Assembly (NCBI RefSeq): GCF_035594765.1
Contig: NC_085846.1
Span: 31,483,190-31,547,189, forward strand
Source of the DNA: Anolis carolinensis
Lineage: Eukaryota
Reading direction: 5' to 3'
Length of the DNA stretch: 64,000 bases
Of this stretch, positions 37,471-50,569 are shown piece after piece; the first letter of the stretch is position 1, and each line of letters begins with the position of its first letter. The notes beneath the pieces were generated by a model that saw only the letters and a list, made by a program, of their open reading frames with translations, was not told the DNA's origin and searched no databases. A program made the position numbers and the translations under genes.

Positions 37471-38419
37471 AGTGTAGAGGGGTCAAAAAGGACCACTTGA
37501 GAATGAGGTCTATAGCCCTGTGATCACAAGTTGCCCACACTTCTTGTAGAAACTAAAAATAAAATATGTACGCTAAGCATCTATACATTTTTAGTGCAGC
37601 TTGCTGGGAGTGGAAACAAAAGAAAAGGGAGAAGAGTGGAAAAGAGAGATTGACAATGGTGGTGGATATACCAAGATAGAAACAAAAAAGTTGATCTTGG
37701 TGCTGCATCTGGTTGGTTTCAGCCTCATCCACCATTGACATGCAGCCAGAAAGATCTCCCCTTGCATGAGAAGAGACTCTTCTACAGAAGATTGTTTGGT
37801 ATATCTTTATAGTGTTCACCCATTTAAGAATGTTTGTTTGATCAGAGCGACAGTAAGCAATCACAATGTCTTTCTTTTTCTGTGTTGCTATTATACCTGA
37901 TGATGTTTATTGGTTTTTCATTTTGCTGGATTCAATTTGGGATGCTACCCTCTGTGTATGTAGTCATTTATCATAGGATGAAACCTATTTTTGCACACAC
38001 TTTAAACTCTGAATTGTATACACAATAAAGGAGCCAATCTTGGGGAATAAAACATGTGTATGTGTCAATCTCGAAAAAGAAATAGTTTTTGCAGACCTTG
38101 CGCAGATTAGGAAAAAACGTGATGGTGATACATAATCACATAAGCTATAATAGTTTTTCTAGGTCTTTCTACTAGGTGATATTCAAGATTTCTCATGTTT
38201 ACAGTACAGTGAATAAGATAAAAGGATAAATAATTTAAACATTTTGGAATATTTTGGCTGAGATCTTAGATAGGGAGATGTTAAGGTTGCCACGGGCATC
38301 CAGTCTTTTAGTTGCTGTTCTCTCATGGCAACATCCTGGACAATGGAGAGAAAGGGGACATCAGAGTAGCATCCAGCTATATTCCAGTACCTGGATCCTC
38401 ATAGATGAAGCATGCTCAG

Positions 38420-38568
38420 GGCCCTTCCACACAAACATATAACCCTGAATATTAAGGCAGAATAACCCACAGTATCAGCTTTGAACTGAGTTTTCTGAGT
38501 CCACACTGCCATATATTTCAGTTCCAAGCAAATAATGTAGGATTTTATTTAGCTATGTGGAAGGAGCC
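38420..38568. mobile_element. PIF/Harbinger-like MITE
   Basis: TIR GGGCCCTTCCACA / TGTGGAAGGAGCC; 3-bp TSD tca. Confidence 0.75.
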
Positions 38569-40648
38569 TCACACCACCCAGAGATTTTTGAGTATGATGT
38601 CCAAGTGGAGAATCCTTTAGTTATAAGGATATAGCTGAAGGATTATCTACTACTCTACCATCTAGTACACAGTCATGGAAAACCACATACAGTAAATGGT
38701 GGGTTGTGGGAGGACTTTGATCACCATACAAGACTCTATATTCTAAAAGAATGAATCCAGGCTTTACTACACTGCCACCATTGCCCCCACCCAACAAAAA
38801 ACACCTTGTAGTCACCATGCTTGGACGGCTACCTGCCTCCATGATGCACAATGGCTTCTGATGAATACAGAGGCTTTTGTTTTGCTTTAATGTGAGTTTA
38901 CTGTGCTTTGGGCAAATTTGGGGGATAGGCTGCAGTTTACTGGAAACTCTATGGTATTCTGGACGATAGTATTGGGTCTGATTAGGCAAGATCGGCTATC
39001 CAGACCAGACTTCAGGGCATAATTCAACACAGGGGAAAGGGATGGATCACGCCCATGTTATCATCGGCTCCATTCTAGATTGCCATGAAAACAGCCATGG
39101 GCATGGATCTGAGCACCTGACTGCCATAGACACCTCTGTTAATGTCAGCATGAGATGCTCATGTGATCAGCAAGAACAATGGAGGATTGCACCTTTCCCT
39201 TGCCTGTTGTGCCCCCTTCTGACCAGAAGCATCTCCAGGTTGTAGGTAGTTAGTAGAAGCAGCAGTGACATAGAGGAATTGAGATGTTCGCCACCCCAGC
39301 AAAAGTGGATGTGTTCCCTGGTTGTCTATACAACAGCCCTAAAATCAGTTTGAACATGCTGAATCTGAGGCTGGTTTGGGACACATTTATTTAAACAATC
39401 CCCTCTCACTGGTTTCAAGTGAATCTGACCCCTCTTTTTCTTGCTTCTGGCAAGTTCTTTGCTTTCAAGTTAAGCCAGACAGTTTGTTCATATTAATACT
39501 TCCAGCAGCTGGTTAATTAGCTCATGTGTTTCTAATAATGGCTTTACTCATTGCAAGTAATCCTGAAAAGAAAGTCAGTTCTGCAAAATGAAGATGATGC
39601 CCTCATGAGAAACCACTTTTAACAGACAATGCAAAATGACAGGCTGCCTTTATTCTATGGCTTGGGTTGTCCTCCCTCCTGCAACACAGCCCTATAAAAC
39701 CATCTCACATTACTCTAGTTCCAAAATAGTAATTTTATGGATCAATAAGAACTGTAAGAATAATTATTATTACAATTGACCCAAGTAGCATGCTAAATAT
39801 GCACATCAGAAAGACTTGGCTCCCTTGTCAGGAAAACACTTGCAGTAGTATTAATCTTGTATAAAGTCAAATCTAGTATTGTTCAGGATTTCTTGTGTGC
39901 CATGATATTCTTCCAAGCGGAAGGGAACTTTATGGAGATATGAAGTCCATATTGGATTCTTTCTACCCCATCAAGGATGCTGCCATTGCTAACAACTGGT
40001 GATGGCTATTAAGTTTCCTACCACAGCAACTGATTCCCAAAAGAATGACAATTGCACCATAGAATGGGAGAGCATAACATTTCCTTCCCTTTTCATCAAT
40101 GGAAATGCAAATAGAAGCCTGCTGGAGCCTCCCCACAAAATATAGGGAGACAAAGACTTCATTAGAGGTCGGCTTGAAGTATATGAATAGAATCCTGTTA
40201 ATATATTCTACCAGAGTAGACTCACTACACCAACAGGTTTAATTAATTCTCATCACTCAACATCTGATTCAATTGGCTTACCCAAATTGTGACTGACCAA
40301 TAGGATAAATAGCAAAGGCACCATTCTTCTTCTATATGTTCACCCTGTCTGTGTATGCTGCCTAAATAGGATTAAGGTTCCATTGCACATCCAACAAAGA
40401 AAGTTTCAGAGCTTGGGAGTTTCTGGATCAGGATAAATGAAGTCTTTTCCAAAGCCAGAGCTTGGAAAAGTTACTTCTGAAGACTACAGCTTGAAGAACA
40501 TCCCAGCTAGGTGCTAACTGGCATCATCCCAGGCAGATGCTAGCTGTGGGATTCTGAGAGTTGTAGTCCTCTGAAAGAACTTTTCTAAGTTCTGTCCAAA
40601 ACAAGCATTTGGAGCAGCAAAATCTGTCTCTTGATGAAGAACTGTGAA

Positions 40649-40882
40649 GGCCCGGGCTGTGGCGCAGGCGGGAGAGCAAGCCAGCTGCAACCAGCTGCAA
40701 TGAATCACTCTGACCAAGAGGTCATGAGTTCGAGGCCCGCTCGGAGCCTATGTTTGTCTTGTCTTTGTTCTATGTTAAAAGACATTGAATGTTTGCCTAT
40801 ATGTGTAATGTGATCCGCCCTGAGTCCCCTTCGGGGTGAGAAGGGCGGAATATAAATGCTGCAAATAAATAAATAAATAAAT
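40649..40882 (+). mobile_element. tRNA-derived SINE (same family as 5633)
   Basis: Full-length copy with A/B boxes and (TAAA)n tail. Confidence 0.88.
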
Positions 40883-41762
40883 GTTTGTACATCCGCCTTC
40901 TGGTCCCGTCTAGTACCAATCTGTCCTTCATGAAAGCATTGTTTGGATAAGAGAAAGACTAAAATGAATTCTTTTTGAGAACAAGAAATGAGACTGACTG
41001 GAGCCTAAGTTCTTGCATTTATTAAAGATGTATGGGACAACGTCATTATTAAAAGCAAAAAATTGCAGCCCCAACATCTTCCAGGTTGTTCATTCTGAAG
41101 CGTAGGGAATTCAAGAATGAAATAAACATACAAAATAGAATTAAAATCGAATGTGTCTCTCTTTATGTCTAATGCATGCACACAAATTAAAACACCACAT
41201 TTATTATGTGTCCTGTGCTATTTTCTCTCATCACGCAGTCTGCTTAATTCATCAAAGACACAGAAAAAGCCTTCATTAGAAGGTGCCTCTCAGGCATTAT
41301 GCAAATATTGTAAACTAATTACGACAGGCAATAAGATAAAAATGATGTTGAACAAGCTTTGCATAATGATTGGGGAAGTCACCATTATGAAACCAATGTA
41401 ACATTTCTTGTTTTGGGATGAAAAAGTTTCTGAGCTATTCTGCATGTGGGATATGCAACACAATGTTGGAGTGTAAAGTGACTTATTCAAGGTTCTGGCA
41501 GGCCAGCTATGCCCTCTTGCAAGGTATTCCATTCCCTTTCCTTCAGCCACTGCTTTTCTATTCCAGTCAGCAGTTCAGTGTGTTCTGTATCCAGCGACTA
41601 TGCTGAACTCTCATTAGTAGCATTGGGGTAATGACTCTCCTTATGGTTGATCTCTGGAAAGGTCTTGTGGGTAATTCTGCAAGCTTTACAACAATTTGGA
41701 GATGAGTGGAGGAAAGGGTTTTTTTAGAGGTTTAGGAAGTATTGGCATTGAATTCTTGTCAG

Positions 41763-41835
41763 ATTGTGAACCGCCCTGAGTCCCTTCGGGTGAGAAGGGT
41801 GGGATAGAAATGAGGGAAATAAATAAATAAATAAA
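41763..41835 (+). mobile_element. L2-type 3' end
   Basis: ccgccctgagtcccttcgggtgagaaggg followed by (AAAT)n. Confidence 0.7.
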
Positions 41836-42143
41836 ATTGCACCCTTAACACAACTGAGTTCTTGTCTAGGTTGCCTGGTGGAGCTTCTTGATTTGCTGTT
41901 TCAACTACATAGGTTCTCCACAAAATTATATCACAGCTAGGGAAAGGAACTTCTAACTAGTGGAGGTTCCTGAACTGATCCAAGAAGGTTCTCCACATAG
42001 TCCTTTACTGCATCCTCCCAGAAATCTGGGAAAGGCATTCTCTGCTGATGCTGATACTTTAAGATTCTGCAAGCACCAGGTAAACATACTTTGATTCTCC
42101 CCTTTCCTTCTCCATGTAGGAAAGGCAGAGGAATATATACATA

Positions 42144-42466
42144 CAGTAGAGTCTCATTTATCCAACATAAACGAGCCAGCAGAATGTTGGATAAACGAAT
42201 ATGTTGGATAATAAGGAGGGATTAAGGAAAAGCCTATTAAACATCAAATTAGGTTATGATTTTACCAATTAAGCACCAAAACATCATGTTATACAACAAA
42301 TTTGACAGAAAAAGTAGTTCAATATGAAGTAATGCTATGTAGTAATTACTGTATTTATAAATTGAGCACCAAAATATCACAATGTATTGAAAACATTGAC
42401 TACAAAAATGCGTTGGATAATCCAGAATGTTGGATAAGCGAGTGTTGGATAAGTGAGACTCTACTG
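42144..42466 (+). mobile_element. Tc1/mariner-type MITE
   Basis: TIRs and TA TSD; same family as 13714. Confidence 0.9.
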
Positions 42467-42495
42467 TATATATATATGTATATACACACACAGGT

Positions 42496-42690
42496 CATAG
42501 AATCATAGAAGAGAGTTCATCAAGTCCAACTTCTTACCATACAGGAATACACAATCAAAGCACTCCCAAAAAATGACAATCCAGTCTCTGTTTAAAAACT
42601 CCCAGAAAAAGAGACTCTATTATACTTTGAGGCAGTGTATACCACCACTATCTAACAATTCTTACCATCAGGATGTTTTTCTTACTTTTT
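42496..42690 (-). mobile_element. Old CR1 3' fragment
   Basis: CATAGAAT repeats and a diverged CR1 3' UTR. Confidence 0.6.
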
Positions 42691-43169
42691 ACCCAGAATT
42701 TTTTTCCCTACAGTCTCAAGAAAGTAGACAACAGAGCGAGAGACTGGAATGTTGTGGTTGAGATGTTTTATGCTGGAGGCTATTTGTTAAGCAATTCCAC
42801 TGTGGGAGAGACACTGTAATAATAAGACACTATGCCAAAGTCTGTCTTCCCTAACAAGCATTCCCCATGACCAATTATAGTTACTAGAGTCTCTTCTCCT
42901 TGCCCAGAGGACCTTTCATCCATTATTTCATTTCACTAATGTTTGATCTCTGCTGAGACTGTATCTGGGGGATGACTTGGGTGCTTTCTTAAGGGAAAGG
43001 ATGGACAATAGCAAGTACAAGGGTTTATCACAAGAGGTTTTTTCCCCCTACATGAAGCAGAGATTTCTGTCTGGGATTGCATCCAAGCCACCATATTGTT
43101 TCTGTGTTCCAACTATACAAGATGTTAAAACTTTTGTATGCATGGCTTTAATTAGATAACCCGTTCACT

Positions 43170-43490
43170 TGGAACTGGTCCATCCCTAGTGACATCCGGC
43201 AGGCTCCATCCCTTTTGAGTTTTACAAAGAAAGTGAAGACCTGGCTATGCGAGCAAGCGTTCAAAGAATAAGTTTCATTGGCTTCGACTCGGTCTGGACT
43301 AAGGTTTATGTATGTACAAGGTTTTGTGGATGTATTATTTTAAATCTGTTTTTAATTGCTTATGTTTTATTCTTTTGTATTGTTGTATATTGGCATCGAA
43401 TTCTGCCAGTTTTGTAAGCCACCCTGAGTCCCTTCGGGTGAGAATGGCAGGATAGAAATGATGGAAATAATAATAAATAATAATAATAAA
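43170..43490 (+). mobile_element. L2 LINE 3' end
   Basis: ORF-end remnant (DIRQAPSLLSFTKKVKTWL), then the tail shared with the SINE family and (AAT)n. Confidence 0.7.
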
Positions 43491-45843
43491 TCTGTTGTGC
43501 AAATGAGAGTCCTAGTGATTGCTATAAAAAGTGTTGGGTCTCATCTCTGGCGGGATACCAATTGGGGGCTTCACTTTTTGTTCATTTAATTATTTATGAA
43601 TTTAATGAACATGTTTTTTTCATACAGGCTCATCACATGAGGCAAATTAAGTGTCCTAGGATGCTTCTGGGACACTTCCTCCTTGCCAGATGACAACATG
43701 ATGTATAGTGACTTTTGGTGGGGCCCTGTGGCGGAAGTGTCCTGATAGCAGTGCAGGAGGTTTCTCTCAGAACAAGGAAGGCTTCCCGTATTCCATAGAA
43801 AAGTATGAGGCCAAGTCGCAGTGGTGATACTTCCCCACGTGGGATTGGGAAGCATCAGCTGTGGGCAAGGCGGAGTGCTGGGATTGCCCCGATGATTCAT
43901 CATGGGTGGTGGCAAATCGCCCGGTGGGGCCTCATCCATTTGAGCCCAGAGTTGTTGTTTATTTTGTTCCTATAGATAAGATCTCCCAAGCTTCAGCCAC
44001 CTTTTTCCAGTAATGCCTTTTGGTGTCCTCTCCTTAGTGCTGCACTGTTATGTGAGATTTTTTTTAATAAGAAGGTGGAACACCAGATTCCCTACAGGGC
44101 TATGCTAAAGCATTAAGCATCACTTTAAAAACAATTACAGGTGTTTTCTAGTAATCTAGGAATGAGTGGCCTTCTTTACATTGGATGGAAAAAAGGACAT
44201 TCTGTGCTCTTATAAATACTTTTAAAAAACAGCATCATTTTGGGTGTGCCTCTAGCATTCTGAACCTGCTCCTGGCTGTCCAGATCTGTCAGATTCCAGA
44301 ATTGCTTCAGGTGAATCTTCTCTACTTGACACAAGAGAGATAGTTTCATTCTGGTTCTTTTTCTTTCCTTATATTCCCCCTACCTTTTTGGGGAGAGGTA
44401 GCTATGGACTGTGTTCCACCTGAGGCACTTTTTATTATGCATTACCCGTTTGTATTTCAATAGAAATGAACGCTTAATCTGTGCTCAGAATTTTGGCAGC
44501 AGATGGCTAAATGACAAGGCTTACAAATGGGTAATTGGCTTCCAAATTGAAAAGATCACAGTAGAATTAAAAGCATACAAAGAGTCAACATTAAAATAGA
44601 ATTAGACTATTAACATGATTAAAACTATTACAAGATTAAAACAAGCCTAAACAAGATTAAAACAGATGAAGTACAATTGGTAGTCAATGGAATAGGAATT
44701 ATCATAGTCATTTTCATTCCTTACAATTCTGCATCAATACACAATATCGTTTTAATATCCAATAAAATAAAATAAATCAAAATACATTTAAGAATGATTT
44801 ATATCTAAATATATTATAAATAATAATTTATTACATAAGTGTCTGGATTTCTTGATAAGTAATGGAAAAATTAATGCTTGTTAATAAAGTATTAATTTTA
44901 ATTAATGTCAGGTAACTTTTTAATATAAATGAGGTGGATAATTTTATGAATTTTAACTTAAAGTTTTTTTTAACCCACCTTATTCAAAAGTAGAACTCTC
45001 AAGCATTTCACCGACCTGTACAGAGGCGTCTAGCTCCACTTTGTCCATATCTGACAAAAGAATTGAAATGGATCAGACTGAAGTTCCACTTACTTTTATG
45101 AGCCCGCTCTATTATTAAAGCTGTATCCATAGTGCAGAATTATAGCAGTTTGACATCACTTTGATAGCCATAATTCCATTCTAGGAAACCCTGGGATTTA
45201 TAGTTTGTGATGGGACCAGATTGCATAACAAAATCCTAGAATTCCATAGCATTGAACCATGGAAGTTAATTTGGTGTCAAATCTATATAATTTTGTGGTA
45301 TGAGTTTGACTCGGTCCCAAATATGACGTAAGTGTAAACATAAATATGTATGAATGAGGAGGCAAATTAAATAGTGTTTGTTATGTGAATGCAATGTACA
45401 TTTGTGTTTATTTTACAAATGGAAATTGTTGCAGAATGGAGACCTGACCAGCTCTTGAGATCATGGGAAGTAACAGGGTGGCACTTTCTCTTCCAGACAA
45501 AGTCTGGGTGGCTATTTAACAAAATGAAAAATACTCACATAAATTGCATTAAAGCAATTAATTGGATTTGAGAAGAAAATGCACATCACATCAATACATT
45601 ATTCAAGAAATGTATTAATTCTAGCTTGAAAAGTGAAATTCACATAGAAAGAAGAGGGAATATTCTTCATCCAAAGGAACTCAGATGGGCTAAAGGAAGC
45701 ATGAAATACACTTAGCTGCATCATTGTAAATAACAGGATGAGCATCCGTGGATTTTGGTAACCACGGTGGGTCCTGGAACCACATCCCAGCAGATACCAA
45801 GAGCCCACTGTATATTTCCTTTAGTGTGTGGATCCTTTTAGAG

Positions 45844-45978
45844 CAGTGGTTCTCAATCTGTGGGTCTGCAGAGGTTTTGGCCTTCAACTCCCAGAAACCC
45901 TAACAGCTGGTAAACTGGCTGGGATTTCTGGGAGTTGTAGACCAAAACATCTCAGGACTCACAGATTGAGAACCACTG
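45844..45978. mobile_element. 135-bp hAT MITE
   Basis: TIRs; TSD ttttagag/ttttaaag. Confidence 0.88.
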
Positions 45979-46249
45979 TTTTAAAGACATTGGGATCATC
46001 TCTAAGCCCAAGCTTTCCTTGAAGACTCTTATTTTGGGCAGGTGGGTTGCAGCATGAAAGGGGAGTCAAGATGATGGGAGAAAAATGGTGTTACCAGAAC
46101 ATACCAATTTTCCCCCCCTAAGGATAATCATTTCTTCCACCCCCAACAATACCCTAGGATAGACACCATTTCCAATGGACGAGTATGTGGAAAATAAGTC
46201 TGCAGCTTAGGTGCTAATTATAATTCCATTACTATGTGAAACTGAAGTA

Positions 46250-46904
46250 AATGAGCCAACAATATGATGCAGCAGCTAAAAAAGCCAACGGGATTCTGGC
46301 CTGCATCAATAGGGGTATAGCGTCTAGATCCAGGGAAGTCATGCTCCCCCTCTATTCTGCCTTGGTCAGACCACACCTGGAATACTGCGTCCAATTTTGG
46401 GCACCGCAGTTGAAGGGAGATGTTGACAAGCTGGAAAGTGTCCAGAGGAGGGCAACTAAAATGATTAAGGGTCTGGAGAACAAGCTCTATGAAGAGTGGT
46501 TTCAAGAGCTTGGCATGTTTAGCCTGCAGAAGAGAAGGCTGAGAGGAGACATGATAGCCATGTACAAATACGTGAAGGGAAGTCATAGGGAGGAGGGAGC
46601 AAGCTTGTTTTCTGCTGCCCTGCAGACTAGGACGCGGAACAATGGCTTCAAACTACAGGAAAGGAGATTCCACCTGAACATCAGGAAGAACTTCCTCACT
46701 GTGAGGGCTGTTCGACAGTGGAACTCTCTCCCCGGGGCTGTGGTGGAGGCTCCTTCCTTGGAGGCTTTTAAGCAGAGGCTGGATGGCCATCTGTCGGGGG
46801 TGCTTTGAATGCGATTTCCTGCTTCTTGGCAGGGGGTTGGACTGGATGGCCCATGAGGTCTCTTCCAACTCTACTATTCTATGATTCTATGATTCTATGA
46901 TTCT
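46250..46904 (+). mobile_element. 5'-truncated young CR1 LINE
   Basis: Uninterrupted 185-aa CR1 ORF2 C-terminus ([20 protein letters not shown]), 3' UTR and (ATTCTATG)n tail. Confidence 0.95.
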
Positions 46905-47170
46905 AAATAGGAACCTGTGCATGGCAAAATTCTGAAGAGGCCACTAGCTCTCTTCAGGGCATCCTGTTCTAAACCAGTTTCAATAGGATTGAAATTTGTC
47001 ACAGACTTATCAAGGTAAGTTCCTCAGCATACCAAGAATAAATGGATTTACATCTACCCCAAGAAAGTCAAGAAAGCTTTATATAGAGTAGCCCCACTGA
47101 ATCAATGAAATTTACATACACTCTGACTCATCATTCAACAGCTGAATCTATGGACCTACTGCAACTAGCA

Positions 47171-47760
47171 CAGTAGTTCCTAACCTTTTTTCACCAGGGA
47201 CCACTTTGACCAGGGACCATTCTCCTACATTAGCACCAAAAGGGTCACAAATCAGTTTTTGGTCAACTTTAGATTTGGTTTGGTTATCTGGGGTGCTATT
47301 TCAGAAAATTGCATTGGATAGACCACATCAGCTCTAGTTTCTGATACAGAACATATGCCATACAGTAGTCACCATCTGCTCGCCCACAGAAAACCATATT
47401 TAATAATATAGAGCTGATGTGGTCTATCCAATGCAATTTTCTGAATCAGCGCCCCAAATAACCCAGGAACAGGCCTAAAAATGAAGACACCAAGGCGCCC
47501 CTGATTTCAAGCCCCATATGGAACGCCTCCACTTAGGGGGAGGGAGGAGGAGGAGAAGCATCAGTCAGGAGGCTTGTTGTTGTGCCTTCCGTGGGTAGTC
47601 AGCCTCTCCTTTCCTGACATCTCTGTTGCCTTGGCATTATATGAGGGTTTTGTGAGACCAGTTGCTCTCATTTCAATGGTGTGGTAAATTAGGGCCGCAG
47701 ACCATATTTTAGTTCTTGGGGACCACTGGTGGTCCACGGACCACAGGCTGGGAACCACTG
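47171..47760. mobile_element. Non-autonomous hAT element
   Basis: TIR CAGT(A/G)GTTCC(T/C)A; 8-bp TSD aactagca/aactagga. Confidence 0.85.
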
Positions 47761-47826
47761 AACTAGGACTACTAATAGGATGGAGGCCAAGTTGGTCCAC
47801 CACTAATGAGAATAAACCCTCAATGA

Positions 47827-48087
47827 TTACCTGGATGGAGCTTTATGTTAGTAACAGCTTATATTAGAGGTTTATTTAAGTGAAGTGACAACTGTTCTTG
47901 TGCTGATAAAGCATAATGGAGCAAATGTGTCTGCTCCTTTATGGTTCTATAAAGCATTTACCTGGATGGAGCTTTATGTTAGTAACAGCTTATATTAGAG
48001 GTTTATTTAAGTGAAGTGACAACTGTACTTGTGCTGATAAAGCATAATGGAGCAAATGTGTCTGCTCCTTTATGGTTCTATAAAGCA
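47827..48087. repeat. 131-bp tandem duplication
   Basis: Two copies with one mismatch seen (actgttcttg/actgtacttg). Confidence 0.92.
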
Positions 48088-49826
48088 AAAAGTCTGAATG
48101 TTTTATTTGGGGAGGATGGACAGGTGTTTGTGCATGACTATGGTCATTTCACACTGCACATTGAAAGCATTCTGATTCCACTTCAATTGCCATGACAATA
48201 TCCTATGGTATTCTGGGTTTGTTTGGGTTTTTTTTTAGCTTGGTGAAATGTTAGGAATTTTTGGCTGAGTATTCTAAATGCCCCTCCCTAATTATGAGAG
48301 AGTGTGGTATAATGGTTTGAGTGTTGGTTTAGGACTTCAGAGACTAGGATGTGAAGGTGACCTTGGGCAAGTCACACTCTCTCAACTTTACTGGAGGGCA
48401 AAGGCAAAACCGCACTCAACAAATCTTGCCAAGAAAACCTCATGATAGGTTTGCCTTAGGGTTCTCTTAAGTTGGAAATGACTTGAAGGCACACAACAAC
48501 AAAACAGCAACTCATATAATTTGAACTTTTACGCTGCATTTCATATTTTGCAATTCAAACTAGAACCTCGTGACAAACTGCATTATTGTTCCCACCCCAA
48601 ACTGGCAGAGAATTCCAAACTTTCAGGTTTAAATTGAAAGGTTCCTTGTGGAGTTCTGGTTCCTTATCTCGCAATCTAGGTAATTGCACATACGAATGAG
48701 AATTTTTCCCAACGGCATCAAATTATTGACTCCTTCAAGAAATTCCAGGTTTTCTCACAGCCAGAACTGTTCAGGTATAAAATAAAGTCTGCTTTCATAG
48801 GAAAAATGGGCAACAGCTTAAACATTTCTATATTCAGAAATTGAACATGGGACAAGAGAGGATAGATAAAAAGAGATTACTTTTTATCTATCCAGATGAC
48901 TTTTTATCTATCTAGATGCTCTTTTCAACCATCTGACCAATGATTATAGGAAGCTGTCAACTTGATTAGAGTGCTTTGGTGTCATCCAGTGTATATGAAG
49001 AAAGGATGCATGAGGAAGAATCTGCAAAAGTGGCACTAGAGCCACCCCGAACCCCAATTCACAATAAACTGAACACTTGCTATTACCAAGAGTGACAGTA
49101 TTATTAATAATTAAAATTATTAAAGATGCAGTCCTGGATATTGTGCAGAGGCAGCTTAGCACAATGTTGTGTAATGTGAAGTTGTGACATTGGAAGTTAT
49201 GCTTGGATGTATAATTACAGTGTGAGAAATGCAATTCATGCTCGCATATATGTATATGTATGGATAGTCTCAGTTAAGGTAGATGGAATGGAGTCTTTGC
49301 AGGGTCAGGTCTAGCAATTGGATCAGCAGACAGTCAGGCAGGTCTGGAATCAGAAGTACCTGAATAATTGACAAGGAGGTAGGAAGGGTAAATTCAGTCT
49401 GGACTATTAATGTTGTAGAAGACAGGGAAGAGGCATATGTCTACAACAGGGGTTGTTAAAACATGATGTAAGTAAGATTTAAAGTATTGCATCTGCTTTG
49501 TATTCTCATTTATGATTCAGGCACTATTGTCATGATGGCAAATGACCCTGAAATTCACCTTAAATCCCTAATTCGTCATTCATAGTCATAGCAATACAGG
49601 ATGGCATGACCAACTCCATCATACCAGCAAACACAGCTGTGGGGGTCCGAAGTCAGGATCTCTGCAGGAACCTGTTGCAATTTTCCATTCCAACTTTGCT
49701 CGTTAGCAGGAGAGATTGTTCACATAATCTCATAGTGTTTCACTCACTAGCAGAACAAACCTCACTAATTTCAGATGGCTGGGTTTTAAGATGAGTTTAA
49801 AGGGTTGGATAGCTGCAATATCTGCA

Positions 49827-50047
49827 CATAGAATCATGGAACAATAGAGTTGGAAGAGACCTCATGGGCCATCCAGTCCAACCTCCTGCCAAGAAGCAGG
49901 AAATTGCGTTCAAAGGACCCCCAACAAATGGCCATCCAACCTCTGCTTAAAAGCCTCCAGAGAAGGAGCCTCCACCACAGTCTGGGGGAGAGAATTCCAC
50001 TGCCAAACAGCTCTCACAGTGAGAATGTTCTTCCTGATATTCAGGTG
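49827..50047 (-). mobile_element. CR1 3' fragment
   Basis: Reverse complement of the CR1 3' end. Confidence 0.85.
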
Positions 50048-50130
50048 ACATTTGAGGCAGGATCTCAGCCATGCTCTGTGGAGCACATGAATTTTCTTTT
50101 GTCCTCTCTAGAGCTATACACTGACTCTGA

Positions 50131-50569
50131 GGGCCCTTTCAGACAGGCATGGAGCCAGTCCCCAGCCTCCCATTTACCTTCAGAACTTATGTGAAGGGCC
50201 TGGTTGCATGCTTAGGCCCCTCCAGTGAAAGTTCCTGATGCGTCAAAATGATGCATCAGGAAGTTAGGGCGGGGGGGGGGGGGGGGGGAGGGATTTTCCT
50301 CCCTCCCTCAATCTCCCAAAACATCATTTTTATGTATAGGAGCTTTCACTGGAGGGGCCTGAACATGCAACTAGGCCTCTCACATAAGTTTAGGGGCTAA
50401 ATGGTGGGCTGGGGACCAGCCCCATGCCCTCTGCTTTGCCTGGGAGGGCATGTAGCCACCCACTAGAGAAAGCCCGGGGTTTGGGGAAGGTATGGAATCT
50501 CAATCCCAGGAGGAACTGGGATAAAATATCCCAGTTCCTCCCAGGATTGAAGCCAGTCTGGAAGGTACC
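50131..50569. mobile_element. PIF/Harbinger-like MITE with internal inverted repeats and poly-G
   Basis: Imperfect TIR GGGCCCTTTCAGAC / GTCTGGAAGGTACC. Confidence 0.65.

Noticed and set aside
46251-46808. 185-aa and 158-aa (19801) RT-like ORFs as host genes
   Set aside because: 5'-truncated CR1 ORF2 ends with typical 3' tails.
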